The notes: generated from the letters alone by a model not told the origin. Counted from the stretch's first letter, positions 30,193 through 40,576 are shown. The stretch: DNA of 64,000 nucleotides from an uncultured Acidobacteriota bacterium (GCA_963779415.1 CAVZYA010000001.1:1216001-1280000); one strand, 5' to 3'. A program made the numbers and translations.

Positions 30193-31629
30193 GTGTCGAA
30201 GACGCTCAGCGGGAACCTGAACACCTTCTCTCTCGCGGACCTTCTCCAGTGGCTCGAGATCAACGCGCTCTCGGGGCGGGTGACTTTGCGCCGCGGCGAT
30301 CTCGCCCGGACGATCGACCTCAAGGAGGGCGCGATCGTCTTCGTGTCGTCCTCTCGCCCTTCGGAGCGCCTCGGCGTCTTTCTCGCAAAGCGCCTTCTCC
30401 TCTCGGAGGCGACGCTCTACGAGCTTCTCGCCGAGAGCTTCGCGACGGGCCGGAACCTGACGCGCCTCATCCTCGAGCGCCAGCTCCTCACCCGCGAGAA
30501 GCTCGCTTCCGCCGTCGAAGCGCTCGCCATCGAGATCCTCTTCGACCTCTTCCGCTGGACGAATGCCGTCTTCGAGTTCGATCCGACCTACCGGATCGAG
30601 GACATGATCCGGATCCATCTCTCTCTGCGCGGTCAGGTCCTCGCCTTCCACGGCGTCAAGTCGCTGGACGAGACGTCGAGAAACATCACCGACTCGTCTG
30701 CCGTCCACGAAGCGGGAGCGCTCTGGGAGCGCGAGTTCCGGCCGGAGGCCGTCGATGCCTCGTTCTGGTCGATGGTCGAGGCGCTCCCCGGCGAGACGCC
30801 CCCCCTCTCCGCCCTTCGTGACGGCTTCGCGGCCTTCCGCCAGTTCGGCGAGAAGATCCACGCGCGGCTCCGGGAGCCGGCCCGCCTCTACCCGGTCTAC
30901 GACGACGTGGCGGCTCTTCTTCGCGCCGCTCTCGTCGAGGGGGGCGATTCGGAGCGCCTCGTCCAGATCTCCGCGCTCGACCCGTTCCTGACGGTGGACC
31001 TCCTCTATCTCGCGAACTCCCTTCGCCCCGATCGGTCGTCGGCGACGGCCTCGGCGCGCGAGGCGGCCGCCGCCATCGGGCCGGAGGCGCTCCGGAGGCT
31101 GGCCGGTCTCCTCGCGGACCCCGCCACCCCGAAGGTCCCGGCCGCCGACCGGATGGAGGGCCTCGTCCGCCAGTCCGCCCTCGCCACCGCCGTGGCCGCG
31201 TCGCACATCCCGTCCGCCGAAGAGTTCAGCCCCGAGGAGGCTTACACCCTCGGGCTCGTCGAGACCCTCGGAAGCTACGATCTCCTCAAGCTGCTGATCA
31301 ACATCCCCTTCCCGCCCGGTCCGATGCGGGCATACGCCCTCGGCCGGTTCCGCGCCGTCTTCGGAAGGATCCTGGCCCGAAAGCTGAGTCTCCCGAGGCA
31401 TCACGAGGACGTCCTTGGAACGACGGGGATCGTGCGAATCCAGAGTTCTTCCTCGGAGCGACTCATCTTCTTCGCAAAGCAGATGATCCTGACGGACCAG
31501 ATCGGACCCGAGTGGACGAGCGAGGATCCCGCGCTCGCGGAGCGTTTCGCGTCGATGACGAAGGATCCGGCCCTCCCGCAGATGATTGCCCGGGATGCCG
31601 ACCGGCTTCGGACCGTCCTGCAGCACTGA
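30193..31629 (+). CDS. DUF4388 (PATAN-like) plus HDOD-like domain protein
   Basis: LSGNLNTFSLADLLQWL...LFRWTNAVFEF; then DPFLTVDLLYLANS, AAAIG, EEAYTLGL, LSLP. Confidence 0.75.
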   Translation: MSKTLSGNLNTFSLADLLQWLEINALSGRVTLRRGDLARTIDLKEGAIVFVSSSRPSERLGVFLAKRLLLSEATLYELLAESFATGRNLTRLILERQLLTREKLASAVEALAIEILFDLFRWTNAVFEFDPTYRIEDMIRIHLSLRGQVLAFHGVKSLDETSRNITDSSAVHEAGALWEREFRPEAVDASFWSMVEALPGETPPLSALRDGFAAFRQFGEKIHARLREPARLYPVYDDVAALLRAALVEGGDSERLVQISALDPFLTVDLLYLANSLRPDRSSATASAREAAAAIGPEALRRLAGLLADPATPKVPAADRMEGLVRQSALATAVAASHIPSAEEFSPEEAYTLGLVETLGSYDLLKLLINIPFPPGPMRAYALGRFRAVFGRILARKLSLPRHHEDVLGTTGIVRIQSSSSERLIFFAKQMILTDQIGPEWTSEDPALAERFASMTKDPALPQMIARDADRLRTVLQH

Positions 31630-31650
31630 CCCTCCGAAGGGAGCCCCGAG

Positions 31651-33291
31651 ATGAAGCGGATCTCCTGTCGAGACCTCTCTTTCCTGAGCGCCCTGATCGT
31701 TCCTCTCCTCGCCGCGGCCGTCTCCCTCGCTGCCGAACCGCCTCAGACCGGGTGGACCGGCGTCCGAGCCGCCGTCGAGGTCACGGCGCTCGACCTCGAC
31801 GTCGTTGCGACGAAGGACGGAGAGCTCGTCACCGACCTCAAACGGGAGGAGTTCGCCGTGAAGGTCGACGGGAAGCTCTTTCCGCTCGACTACTTCACAC
31901 GCGTCGAGGAGGGAGCGCTCTTCGGCCCTGACCTTTCGAAAGCGTCCCCGGACCTGATCCTCGACAGCATGGCGGGCGAAGCGGGGAAGCGATTCCTCGC
32001 GCGACAGATCCTCCTGTACGTGGACGACGAGCACCTGATGCCCTTCGACCGTCCGCGGGCGTTCGAAGGGCTGCGGGACCTCGTCACCAAGCTCTCCCCC
32101 TCGGACCAGGTCGCCCTCTTCCGGTACAACCGGGGCGCCACCCGTGCCCTCGTCCCCTTCACCTCCTCGAAGGAGGCGCTCCTGGACGGGATCGCGAAAC
32201 TCACGCCGATGGCCCCGAACGGGCTCAGCTGGTACGTCCAGGCCGAACAGGACTACCGGACGGCGCGCGCCTCCAGCGCGCAGTCCCGGCAAAGCATCAT
32301 CCGGGACTACTCCGCGCGGGCGAAGGTCCGCGAAGACAACGCCCTCTCCGACCTCCGCCGCGCCATCTCGGCGCTCGCCGCGCGCTCGGGCAAGCGGACG
32401 CTCGTCTATGTCGGGACCGGGATCGAGCTCCACCCCGGCCAGACGCTGGCCTTCTCGGTCGGGTTTCGCGGGCTCCAGCAGTTCGAGTACGACGTGGTGC
32501 CGAGCTACCGGGCCGTCCTCGCCGAGGCGAACGAATCCGGGGTCACGATCTATGCGATCGACGCCCGGGGCCTGACGACCGACGTCGACGCCGGCGAGTC
32601 CCAGCCCTCGGAGCTGACGCCGTTCGAGCGGATCGCCGCACGACGCGAGGTCCCGGCGGGGCTGGCCGGGGAGACCGGCGGATTCCTCTTCGAGAATCGC
32701 AACGTCTTCAAATCGGCCGCCGACCAGATCTACCGGGAGTCGAGCACTTTCTACTCACTCGGCGTCACCCTCTCGAACCTCCCGAAGAAGGAGGCCTACT
32801 CGATCAAGGTCTCGGTGACCCGGCCGGGCGTGACCGTCCGTTCGCGGAGCGCCCTCGTCCCGACGAGCGCCGGGAAGGCCGCGGCAAACCGGATGGAGCT
32901 GGCCCTCATGACGCCGGAAGCGCGGGGCGACTTCGACCTCGATGTCTCCGCCGGCGCCGCGAAATCCGGCGGGATCGGGCGCCGCCTGGTGCCGCTCGAG
33001 GTGAAGATCCCCCTTTCCGCCCTGACGTACCGCGACGTCGCCGGCCGGAAGGAAGCCGTCGTCGACGTGACGGTCGCGGCCGTCGAGGATTCGGGCGCGC
33101 GCTCCGAACCCGTGACGAAGCGGCAGGTCATCTCACTCGACCCCGCCCGGTGGGAAGCCGACAAGGGACGCTACTTCCTCTTCGTCGCCGACCTGAAGAG
33201 CCGAACCGGCAACCATCGGTTCGTCGTCACCGCCAGGGACCTGACGACGAACCGGATGGGGCTCGGATCGGCGAGCGTCCGGGTCGAGTAG
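31651..33291 (+). CDS. Acidobacterial-type VWA domain secreted protein
   Basis: Signal peptide, LDVVATKDG..VTDL, PFTS, GKRTLVYV, VTIYAIDARGL, LAGETGG, YSLG. Confidence 0.82.
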   Translation: MKRISCRDLSFLSALIVPLLAAAVSLAAEPPQTGWTGVRAAVEVTALDLDVVATKDGELVTDLKREEFAVKVDGKLFPLDYFTRVEEGALFGPDLSKASPDLILDSMAGEAGKRFLARQILLYVDDEHLMPFDRPRAFEGLRDLVTKLSPSDQVALFRYNRGATRALVPFTSSKEALLDGIAKLTPMAPNGLSWYVQAEQDYRTARASSAQSRQSIIRDYSARAKVREDNALSDLRRAISALAARSGKRTLVYVGTGIELHPGQTLAFSVGFRGLQQFEYDVVPSYRAVLAEANESGVTIYAIDARGLTTDVDAGESQPSELTPFERIAARREVPAGLAGETGGFLFENRNVFKSAADQIYRESSTFYSLGVTLSNLPKKEAYSIKVSVTRPGVTVRSRSALVPTSAGKAAANRMELALMTPEARGDFDLDVSAGAAKSGGIGRRLVPLEVKIPLSALTYRDVAGRKEAVVDVTVAAVEDSGARSEPVTKRQVISLDPARWEADKGRYFLFVADLKSRTGNHRFVVTARDLTTNRMGLGSASVRVE

Positions 33292-33302
33292 TCGGGCAGC
33301 GG

Positions 33303-34853
33303 CTAGTTCTTCGGCGTGTCCGGCGCCGGTGGCTTCGGGGCACCCGTCAGCGTGAAGGGGGCCGAGGCTTCCAGCTTCTTACCGGTCGCCTGGTCCAACA
33401 ACGTGATCCGGAGCTCGAAATCGCCTGTGCGGAAATAGTCCCCGAGCTTATCGTCCACGATCACGCCGGCGAGGTCGAGAATCAGCGTTCCGGGCTCCTT
33501 GAAATCCGGTACGGGAATCGGCTTTTCCTCGCCCCCCGGGACATCGATGGCGGATCCCCCCTTCGGCCGGATCCGGAGCGACCGCCTGATGAACGTCGTC
33601 TTCGTGACGGGGTCGACCGAAGGGTTGTAGATCCGGATCGCGTACGAAAGCCCGTCCTTGACGTCAAACTTCCCTTCCGGCGGCGCCACGAATCTCCTTC
33701 CGGAGAAGGTGAAGGCCTCGTCGAGCTTCTTCGGATCTGCCGGGAGGTCGTCGTTCCCGACGAAGAGGCCCGAGGAGGCGAACTCCGTCGGAACGGGAGC
33801 CACGGTCGCCGTCCGGTGACAGACGGCGATCACGGCGCCCGAGGCGTCGACGAGCGCCTCCGCGACGTCGTAGTCCCCCGGTGCGAGAGCGATCGCCCGG
33901 TTCGCGAAGAGGTCGTTCTTCGACCTCTCGAGGCCGGCCGCCTCTTCGAGTCGCGCCGCGTCTTTTCCTTCCTTGTCGCGCGCAAGAAGGGCGAGCTTCG
34001 TCGTCTCCGGGGCCGTCACCGAGACCGCGGCGACAGAGAGCTGCAGCATCAGGCGCGTGGCGCCGTCCCGGTAGGCGATCGGCAGGGCCACGAGAGGGCC
34101 GGCCGGCGGCCTGGCGATCGCGGCCTCCAGCGACGCCCGGACTGCCGGCGTCAGAACCGGACCCTTCGCAGCCTCGGCGGCGGCCTTCTGCTCGGCCTCG
34201 TACTGCTCCCGCGTCAGGTAGACCGGAGGCTCCTTGAGCGCCGGATTGACGAGCGCCGCTTCCACGGCCTTCTTCTGCAGCGCGGCGAACTGGCTCGCCT
34301 TCACTAGCGTCTCGGTGCCGCGCGCCTGGTCGTTCTCGACGACGATCTCGATCTTCTTGACCCCCGAGAAGGCCGGAATCCGGTCCTCCTCGTAGACGAA
34401 GGTGTACTGGATCGTCCGGGGCCCGGGGAGCTGGGGCTCGTCTCCCTTCTGTGGATTCTCGGCTCCGAATGAAGAAGAAATCTGACGCGGAACGATCTGC
34501 TTCGGCGGACCGAGGACGATGAGGACCTTCCCCCGCTCGGTCAGGGAGCCGCGGCGGCCGCGCAGCGCGAAGCGCTCGTCGGCGAGCTTCACGAGCGCCT
34601 CGACCCGGTCCTTGAACTCGTTCTGCTGAGTCTTGAGGTCGGGGTCCCGGCGCGCCCAGAAGAGCGCGATGAAGCGGACGGCCTCGTCGTCGGAATTCAG
34701 CTTCCGGAACGCGGCCTTCTCGTCGTCCGTCGCGAAGTAGAGGAACTCGGGCCCCTTGTCCCAGTCCTTGTACTTGTCGAGAGCGGCCAAGGCCGGTGCG
34801 GCGACGGTCGCGGCGAGAGTCGCGACCGCCATCATGCGGCAGAGTGTCTTCAT
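33303..34853 (-). CDS. GWxTD-domain secreted protein
   Basis: Signal peptide, FWARRDP...NEFK..R...ADERF...GSLTERG..LI.LGPP. Confidence 0.8.
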   Translation of the reverse strand: MKTLCRMMAVATLAATVAAPALAALDKYKDWDKGPEFLYFATDDEKAAFRKLNSDDEAVRFIALFWARRDPDLKTQQNEFKDRVEALVKLADERFALRGRRGSLTERGKVLIVLGPPKQIVPRQISSSFGAENPQKGDEPQLPGPRTIQYTFVYEEDRIPAFSGVKKIEIVVENDQARGTETLVKASQFAALQKKAVEAALVNPALKEPPVYLTREQYEAEQKAAAEAAKGPVLTPAVRASLEAAIARPPAGPLVALPIAYRDGATRLMLQLSVAAVSVTAPETTKLALLARDKEGKDAARLEEAAGLERSKNDLFANRAIALAPGDYDVAEALVDASGAVIAVCHRTATVAPVPTEFASSGLFVGNDDLPADPKKLDEAFTFSGRRFVAPPEGKFDVKDGLSYAIRIYNPSVDPVTKTTFIRRSLRIRPKGGSAIDVPGGEEKPIPVPDFKEPGTLILDLAGVIVDDKLGDYFRTGDFELRITLLDQATGKKLEASAPFTLTGAPKPPAPDTPKN

Positions 34854-35009
34854 GCTGGGGAACCCCCGGATGGAGAGATCTCGGCGCGCGGCCGCGCCGA
34901 CGGATCACTATAACGCCCGACCCCCTCCCCGTCGTCCCGAGTCAAGTGCTTCAGGCGGCGCCGCTCCCCGCCTCGACGCCGGTAGACTCCCGCGCGGAGG
35001 GCTCGCCCG

Positions 35010-36620
35010 ATGGATCGACCCCGGCCGGTTCTTCTCGCCGTCCTCGACGGCTTCGGAAAGGCTCCGGATTCGCCGTGGAACGCGGTCTCCCGCGCCACGA
35101 AGCCCACCTTCGACCGCCTCTTCGCCCGCCGCCCCTGGACGATGGTCGAGACTTCGGGTGAGCGGGTCGGCCTCCCCGAAGGCCAGATGGGGAACTCCGA
35201 GGTCGGTCACACGATTCTCGGTGCCGGCCGGGTCGTCTATCAGGACATCGTCCGGATCTCGAAGTCGATCAAGGACGGGGACTTCTTCACGAATCCCGCC
35301 CTCCTCAGCGCCTGCGCGGCCGCGGAAGCCGGAAGCGGCACCCTCCATTTCTTCGGCCTTCTCTCGCACGGCGGCGTTCACTCGCTTCAGGAGCACCTCG
35401 ACGCCCTGATCGATCTCGCGCACCGCGCCGGCGTGCCCCGCGTCATCGTCCACGCCTTCCTCGACGGACGCGACACGCCGCCGACCTCGGGCGTCGGGAA
35501 CGTCCGGGAGCTTCTCGCGACGCTCGCGCGGTACCCCCAAGCGCGCCTCGGCTCGATCGTCGGGCGCTACTACGCCATGGACCGCGACAAGCGCTGGGAG
35601 CGTGTCGAAAAGGCCTACCGCCTCCTGACCGAGGGCGAGGCCGCGCAGATCGTCGCCGAGGCGGACGCTCCGGCCGCCGTGGAGAACGCCTACGCCAGGA
35701 AAATCACGGACGAGTTCATGGAGCCGATCTCGGTTCGGTCCGGGCCCGGTGCCCCCCGCGTCGTCGCCGACGGGGACGCCGCCGTCTTCTTCAACTTCCG
35801 GGCGGACCGGCCCCGCGAGCTTTCGAGGGCGTTCTTCGAGACGGAGTTCTCTGGCTTTTCGCGCCGCGTCCACCCGAAGATCTCCCTCGTCTCGATGACC
35901 GAGTACCAGGCCGACTTTCCCCTCCCGGTCGCCTTCCCGCCTCAGTCGCTCGTCAACTCCTTCCCCCAGATCCTTGCGTCCCGTCACCTGAAGAACCTCA
36001 GAATCGCGGAGACGGAGAAGTACGCCCACGTCACCTTCTTCTTCAATGGTGGCGAAGAGAAGGTCTACCCCGGCGAGGAGCGGATTCTCGTCCCGTCGCC
36101 CAAGGTCGCCACGTACGACCTGAAGCCCGAGATGTCGGCCTTCGAGGTGACGGAGAAGCTCCTCGCCGCCATCGCCTCCGAACGGTTCGACTTCATCCTC
36201 GTCAACTACGCGAACTGCGACATGGTGGGGCACACGGGTCTCTTCGAGGCGGCGAAGAGAGCCGTCGAGGTCGTCGACGGCTGCCTCGGGCGCATCCTCG
36301 CCGCCGTCGAGGCGAAGGGGGGGGCCGCGATCGTCACCTCCGATCACGGCAACGCGGAGAAGATGTGGGACGAGGCGCGGAACGAGCCCTACACCGCCCA
36401 CACGGTCGGCCCCGTTCCCCTCATCCTCGCCGTCGCACCTCCGAGAGCCGACTGCGCGACGCTGTCCGGGGGCGGCTCGCTGGAAGACGTCTCTCCCACG
36501 CTTCTCGGGATCATGGGAATCCCGCAGCCGAAGGAGATGACGGGGAAGGACCTCCGGGTGGATCCCGGGCGCTCCTCACTTCCGCGGACGGACGAGTACG
36601 GGAAGAAGCCGGCACCATGA
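35010..36620 (+). CDS. gpmI: 2,3-bisphosphoglycerate-independent phosphoglycerate mutase
   Basis: LDGFG, GQMGNSEVGH, DGRDT, GRYYAMDRD, AETEKYAHVT, SDHGN. Confidence 0.97.
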   Translation: MDRPRPVLLAVLDGFGKAPDSPWNAVSRATKPTFDRLFARRPWTMVETSGERVGLPEGQMGNSEVGHTILGAGRVVYQDIVRISKSIKDGDFFTNPALLSACAAAEAGSGTLHFFGLLSHGGVHSLQEHLDALIDLAHRAGVPRVIVHAFLDGRDTPPTSGVGNVRELLATLARYPQARLGSIVGRYYAMDRDKRWERVEKAYRLLTEGEAAQIVAEADAPAAVENAYARKITDEFMEPISVRSGPGAPRVVADGDAAVFFNFRADRPRELSRAFFETEFSGFSRRVHPKISLVSMTEYQADFPLPVAFPPQSLVNSFPQILASRHLKNLRIAETEKYAHVTFFFNGGEEKVYPGEERILVPSPKVATYDLKPEMSAFEVTEKLLAAIASERFDFILVNYANCDMVGHTGLFEAAKRAVEVVDGCLGRILAAVEAKGGAAIVTSDHGNAEKMWDEARNEPYTAHTVGPVPLILAVAPPRADCATLSGGGSLEDVSPTLLGIMGIPQPKEMTGKDLRVDPGRSSLPRTDEYGKKPAP

Positions 36621-38047
36621 GGCCGGGGCGACGAACCTGCTCCTTCGCTCTCGGCCTGCTGCTCCTCCGGGCGGCGCCCGGGCAGGCGGAAGAGCCGCTG
36701 TCATACACCGTCGACGCGACCGGGGTCGCCAAGGGCCGTGTCCGCATCACCCTGATGCTCCCCGTAGCCCTCGCGGCCCCAGTAGACCTCGTGATGCCCC
36801 GCAGCTATCCGGGCGGCTACTCGACCGTCCTCTACGACCGGTTCGTCCAGACGGTGGAGACGTTTAGCCCCTCGGGCGCGTCCCTCTCCGTGGCGCCTGC
36901 CGAGTACGGCCCAAGGTGGCGGCTCGGTAGGACCGGCGAGCGCGTCGCGAAGATCGCCTACGAGGTGGACGTCGCGCGAATGGAGCGCGAGCTCCCCTCC
37001 GCGATCGACGCCTCGAAGGTCCGGTCGCGCTACGCCGGTCTCCTCGGCTACTCGGTGTTCGCTTTCGTGGACGGCTTCGAACGACATCCGGTCTCTCTCT
37101 CGGTCCTCGCGCCGGAGGGCTGGCCCGTTCTTACGACGCTCGCGCCGTCCGTGCCCGCTCCGGTCGGGACGCTCTCCGCGCGGGCTGCGGACTACGACGC
37201 GCTCGCGGACTCCGAGATCCTCATGGGGCCCGGCCTCGCACTCACCCGCCTTCCCGGCGCAATCCCTCTCGTCATGGCGGTCTACGCCGAGTGCGAGGAA
37301 GACCTCGCTCTCGAGGGCGCGCTCGCGCGAACGGCTCTCGACCGTGTGCAGGCGTACTTCGGGGACGTTCCGCTCCGGTCCTACACGGTTCAGCTCGAAC
37401 TCCTCAAGCCCCTCCCGGACCACGGGTATGGCTTCAGCCAGGAGCACGTCGACAGCGGGACATTCAGCCTCTCCGAGAAAGAAGCGACAACCGAGAAGAC
37501 GAGCGAGGACCAGCGTCTCCGAACGCTCCTGAACTACGCGCACCACATGGCACACAGCTGGATCCCGAAGCGCGCCTACGGACCCGGTTACTCCCCGTAC
37601 ACATGGGAGCTGACTCCCGCGCTCGACACCGTCTGGTTCAACGAGGGCTTCGGCCGCTACGCCGCGATCCAGGCGGTCGCCGACGGGATGTCTCCCGCCG
37701 ACGGCGCCGCCGTTCGCGCACGCTCTCTCGCGCGGCTGAAGCAGATCCTCGACCAGGCGCCGCCCTTCCTGCAGCGGATGTCGCTGCTCGACCTCTCCCG
37801 CACGGCATCGTTCCTCTACTCCGCGGACTTTCGCGTCGGCAGGAACACGTTTGCGCGCGGCGCGCTCATGGCCGCCGAGATGGACGACCGGATTCGCGCG
37901 GCGTCGGGCGGGACCCGGAGCCTGCGCGGCGCGCTCCGCGCCCTCCTCCGCACGCCGCAGCCGTTCCGGATCGGAGACCTCCCCCGCATCTTCCGCGAAG
38001 CCACGGGCGTCGACGTGGGGGAGATCCTCGACCGCTGGATGAAGTAG
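36617..38047 (+). CDS. M61 (glycyl aminopeptidase)-like secreted protein with variant zinc motif
   Basis: MPRSYPGGY, YDALADS, QEH, AHHMAHSW, WFNEGF; ATG overlaps gpmI stop. Confidence 0.72.
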   Translation: MRPGRRTCSFALGLLLLRAAPGQAEEPLSYTVDATGVAKGRVRITLMLPVALAAPVDLVMPRSYPGGYSTVLYDRFVQTVETFSPSGASLSVAPAEYGPRWRLGRTGERVAKIAYEVDVARMERELPSAIDASKVRSRYAGLLGYSVFAFVDGFERHPVSLSVLAPEGWPVLTTLAPSVPAPVGTLSARAADYDALADSEILMGPGLALTRLPGAIPLVMAVYAECEEDLALEGALARTALDRVQAYFGDVPLRSYTVQLELLKPLPDHGYGFSQEHVDSGTFSLSEKEATTEKTSEDQRLRTLLNYAHHMAHSWIPKRAYGPGYSPYTWELTPALDTVWFNEGFGRYAAIQAVADGMSPADGAAVRARSLARLKQILDQAPPFLQRMSLLDLSRTASFLYSADFRVGRNTFARGALMAAEMDDRIRAASGGTRSLRGALRALLRTPQPFRIGDLPRIFREATGVDVGEILDRWMK

Positions 38048-38232
38048 CCGATCCTCGCCTGCGCCCGTTCCCGTGGTTCCTGTCAAAGAACGGGCCCATA
38101 ACCCGTCAACAACTGGGACTTGTACTTGCAGGACGCCCCTCCGGGTCGCCGCTGAGATCTCGGGGCGCGCGAGCCGTCCGCGCCGTCGGCTCGCCGGCCA
38201 AAGCCCGATCTCCGAAAGTCAGGCTGACGCGG

Positions 38233-39915
38233 TCAGGGCTCCCGCCCGGCGAGAACGGGCATCGCGGCTCCGAGAAGCGCCCGGGCTTCCTCGAGCGGCG
38301 CGTCGTCCCGGATCGAGTCGATCGGAAGGCGGACGAATCGTGCGGCGGCGTGCCGGAGAGGGTGCCCGTCGGGCATGCGCGAGGCCTCCGCCACGAGAAG
38401 GGCGGCCTCCACGGCGTGGCCCACGGTCAGGGCGAATCGCCGCGCGCCGGCTTCGAGCGCCGCCGTGTCCGGAACGCGGGAGAGCCATGCCGCCGCGTGC
38501 CGGAGAGCGCCGGAGATCGACCGGGCCGCGGGTTCGAGCGGTCCCCGGGCTTCCGCGAGGCATCGTGAAATTTCGCGTTCGACCGGCGCGAGTCCTTCTC
38601 CCTTCGAGGTCGCGCGAAGCAGGTCGAGCGAGAGAACGTTCGTCGTCCCTTCCCAGAGCGGCAAGACCTGCGCGTCCCGGAGAAGCCGCGGAAGCCCCGT
38701 GTCCTCGATGTAACCGGCGCCCCCGAACGCCTCGAGGGCCTCGCTCGCGATGACGATCGCCTGCTTCCCCGTCGTCAGCTTCGCGATCGGCGTCAGGAGA
38801 CGGAGAAGCCCCTCTTCGCCATCGGAGAGAGCGCCGTTCTCCTCCCGACCGAGGAGCTCGACGACCCGGAACGTGAGAAGGAACGCCCCGGCATAGAGCG
38901 CCTCGATGTCCGCGAGCGTCTCGGCGTGGAGCGGCTTCTCGGTCAGGTGAGCCCCGAAGGCGACCCGCTTCGCCGCCCAGTCACGCGCAAGGTCGAGCGC
39001 CCGCCTCATTCCGGAGACCGCGGCGACGGCGTTCCAGGTCCGCGTCATGTTCAGCATCGTCGTGATGTTCTTGACGCCGTTCACGAGTCCCATCACCGGG
39101 ACCGCCCGGGCCCCGACGAGGTCCAGCTCCGCGGTCGGCAGCATTCGCGTCCCGAGCTTGTCCTTCAGCCGGTGAATGACGAGGCCGTTCGGCTCGCCCG
39201 CCTCGTCGCGGATCTCGAGATAGAAGAGGGCCAGGCCCTTTCCGCCCGGCGGGTTCCCCTCGGGGCGCGCCAGCGTCAGGGCCATCTCCGAGGTCGTCGC
39301 GGACGTGAACCACTTGTTCCCGTAGAGCCTCCACGTGCCCCCTTCGGGCCGCGCCACGGTCTCGCTCTCCCCCACGTCGGATCCTCCGATCCGCTCGGTC
39401 ATCCACTGGCCCGAGGTCCAGGCACGGGCGGGGTCCCGCGCGGTCAGGCGCGGCAACGCCCGGGCGGCGAGGTCGGCGTTTCCGGACGTGACGAGCGTCT
39501 TCGCCGCGCCGTCGGTCATCGCGAGCGGGCAGGAGGTGACCCCCGACGAGGGCTCGAAGAGGTGGACGAGGGCGAACTGATGGAGGCGCGAAAAGGGGCC
39601 GTGCCGCCGTTCGTACGGAATGGCGACGAGCCCCTTCTCGGCCGAGATCCGGAGCGTCTCCTTCCAGAGCCGCGTCAGCTCGATCCGGTCGATCCGGCGC
39701 CCCCACGGGTCCCACGAGGTCAGGACCGGGATCGCCGCCTCGTCCTCCCGGAGAAGCTCGTGGAGCGGCCCGCCCGAAAGGGCCCCCATCTCCCGGAGAG
39801 AGGGCTCGATCTCCCGGAGGACCCCGGCCGGGACGTGATTCTCGAGAAAGGCTCGAAGAAGCGCGTCGCTCTCGTACGTGTTGCCGAGCGCTGGGGGAGC
39901 CTGGATGAAGGTCAT
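38233..39915 (-). CDS. Acyl-CoA dehydrogenase, AidB-like subfamily
   Basis: CPLAMTDG, GQWMTERIGGSDV, RLKDKLGT, EAFGGAGY, WEGTTNV. Confidence 0.92.
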   Translation of the reverse strand: MTFIQAPPALGNTYESDALLRAFLENHVPAGVLREIEPSLREMGALSGGPLHELLREDEAAIPVLTSWDPWGRRIDRIELTRLWKETLRISAEKGLVAIPYERRHGPFSRLHQFALVHLFEPSSGVTSCPLAMTDGAAKTLVTSGNADLAARALPRLTARDPARAWTSGQWMTERIGGSDVGESETVARPEGGTWRLYGNKWFTSATTSEMALTLARPEGNPPGGKGLALFYLEIRDEAGEPNGLVIHRLKDKLGTRMLPTAELDLVGARAVPVMGLVNGVKNITTMLNMTRTWNAVAAVSGMRRALDLARDWAAKRVAFGAHLTEKPLHAETLADIEALYAGAFLLTFRVVELLGREENGALSDGEEGLLRLLTPIAKLTTGKQAIVIASEALEAFGGAGYIEDTGLPRLLRDAQVLPLWEGTTNVLSLDLLRATSKGEGLAPVEREISRCLAEARGPLEPAARSISGALRHAAAWLSRVPDTAALEAGARRFALTVGHAVEAALLVAEASRMPDGHPLRHAAARFVRLPIDSIRDDAPLEEARALLGAAMPVLAGREP

Positions 39916-40078
39916 CGTGTTGCCTCCGTCTGGTCAGCTCTTCGATCCATTCTCCTTCAACACCCTGAAAATCCCTCGGTCACCGTCCTGGGCTCCGGGT
40001 CGTACGTGCTAGGCTGTAAATGTCGGGCGGGGGGCCCGGCTCTACAACAATCAGAAACACGAAGAAAGGGGAAACTCT

Positions 40079-40501
40079 ATGAAGCGCATCCACCTGTTGC
40101 TCAAGTTTGTCCTGGCCGTGATCGTTGCGTCAGGCGTATCCAGCGGGATGCTGAGCGCCCAGGAACCGCTGAAGGCCGGGAAGGTCCTGGCCCGGACGGA
40201 GCTGGCGAACGCAAAGGGAATGGAAGCCATCCTGGTGCTCCGCATCCTGCCTCCCGGAGTCGAGAGTGGAAAGCATACCCAGTCAGGCACCGAGATCGTC
40301 TACGTCCAGGAAGGCTCCATCATCTTCGAGGCGCAGGGAAAGCCTCCCGTGACGCTCAAGGCCGGGGAGGCGTTCCACACCGTGGCCGGTGAAGTGCACA
40401 ACGTGAAGAATGCCAGCGCCACCGAGCCCGCCAGGGCCCTCGCGTTCTACGTCGAAAAGAAGGGCACCAGGCTCGAAGACCTCTCTGTTCCCGCGAAATA
40501 G
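40079..40501 (+). CDS. Secreted cupin-domain protein
   Basis: Signal peptide; PG..SGKHTQSGTEIVYV.EG, LKAGEAF, GEVHNVKN. Confidence 0.85.
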   Translation: MKRIHLLLKFVLAVIVASGVSSGMLSAQEPLKAGKVLARTELANAKGMEAILVLRILPPGVESGKHTQSGTEIVYVQEGSIIFEAQGKPPVTLKAGEAFHTVAGEVHNVKNASATEPARALAFYVEKKGTRLEDLSVPAK

Positions 40502-40543
40502 GCCGTCTGCCTCGCCGGACTAGCGGCTGATTCAAGAGAAATC

Positions 40544-40576
40544 GGGCCCGAGGTGTGAAGGGACACCTCGAGGCCC
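40544..40576. terminator. Strong stem-loop after cupin gene (possible terminator)
   Basis: GGGCC-CGAGGTGT / ACACCTCG-A-GGCCC inverted repeat; no U-tract. Confidence 0.35.

Noticed and set aside
34874-34905. Similarity to 38155-38190 (GAGATCTCGG..CGCGCG..CCGCGCCG.CGG)
   Set aside because: Short, gapped and GC-rich; chance similarity cannot be excluded
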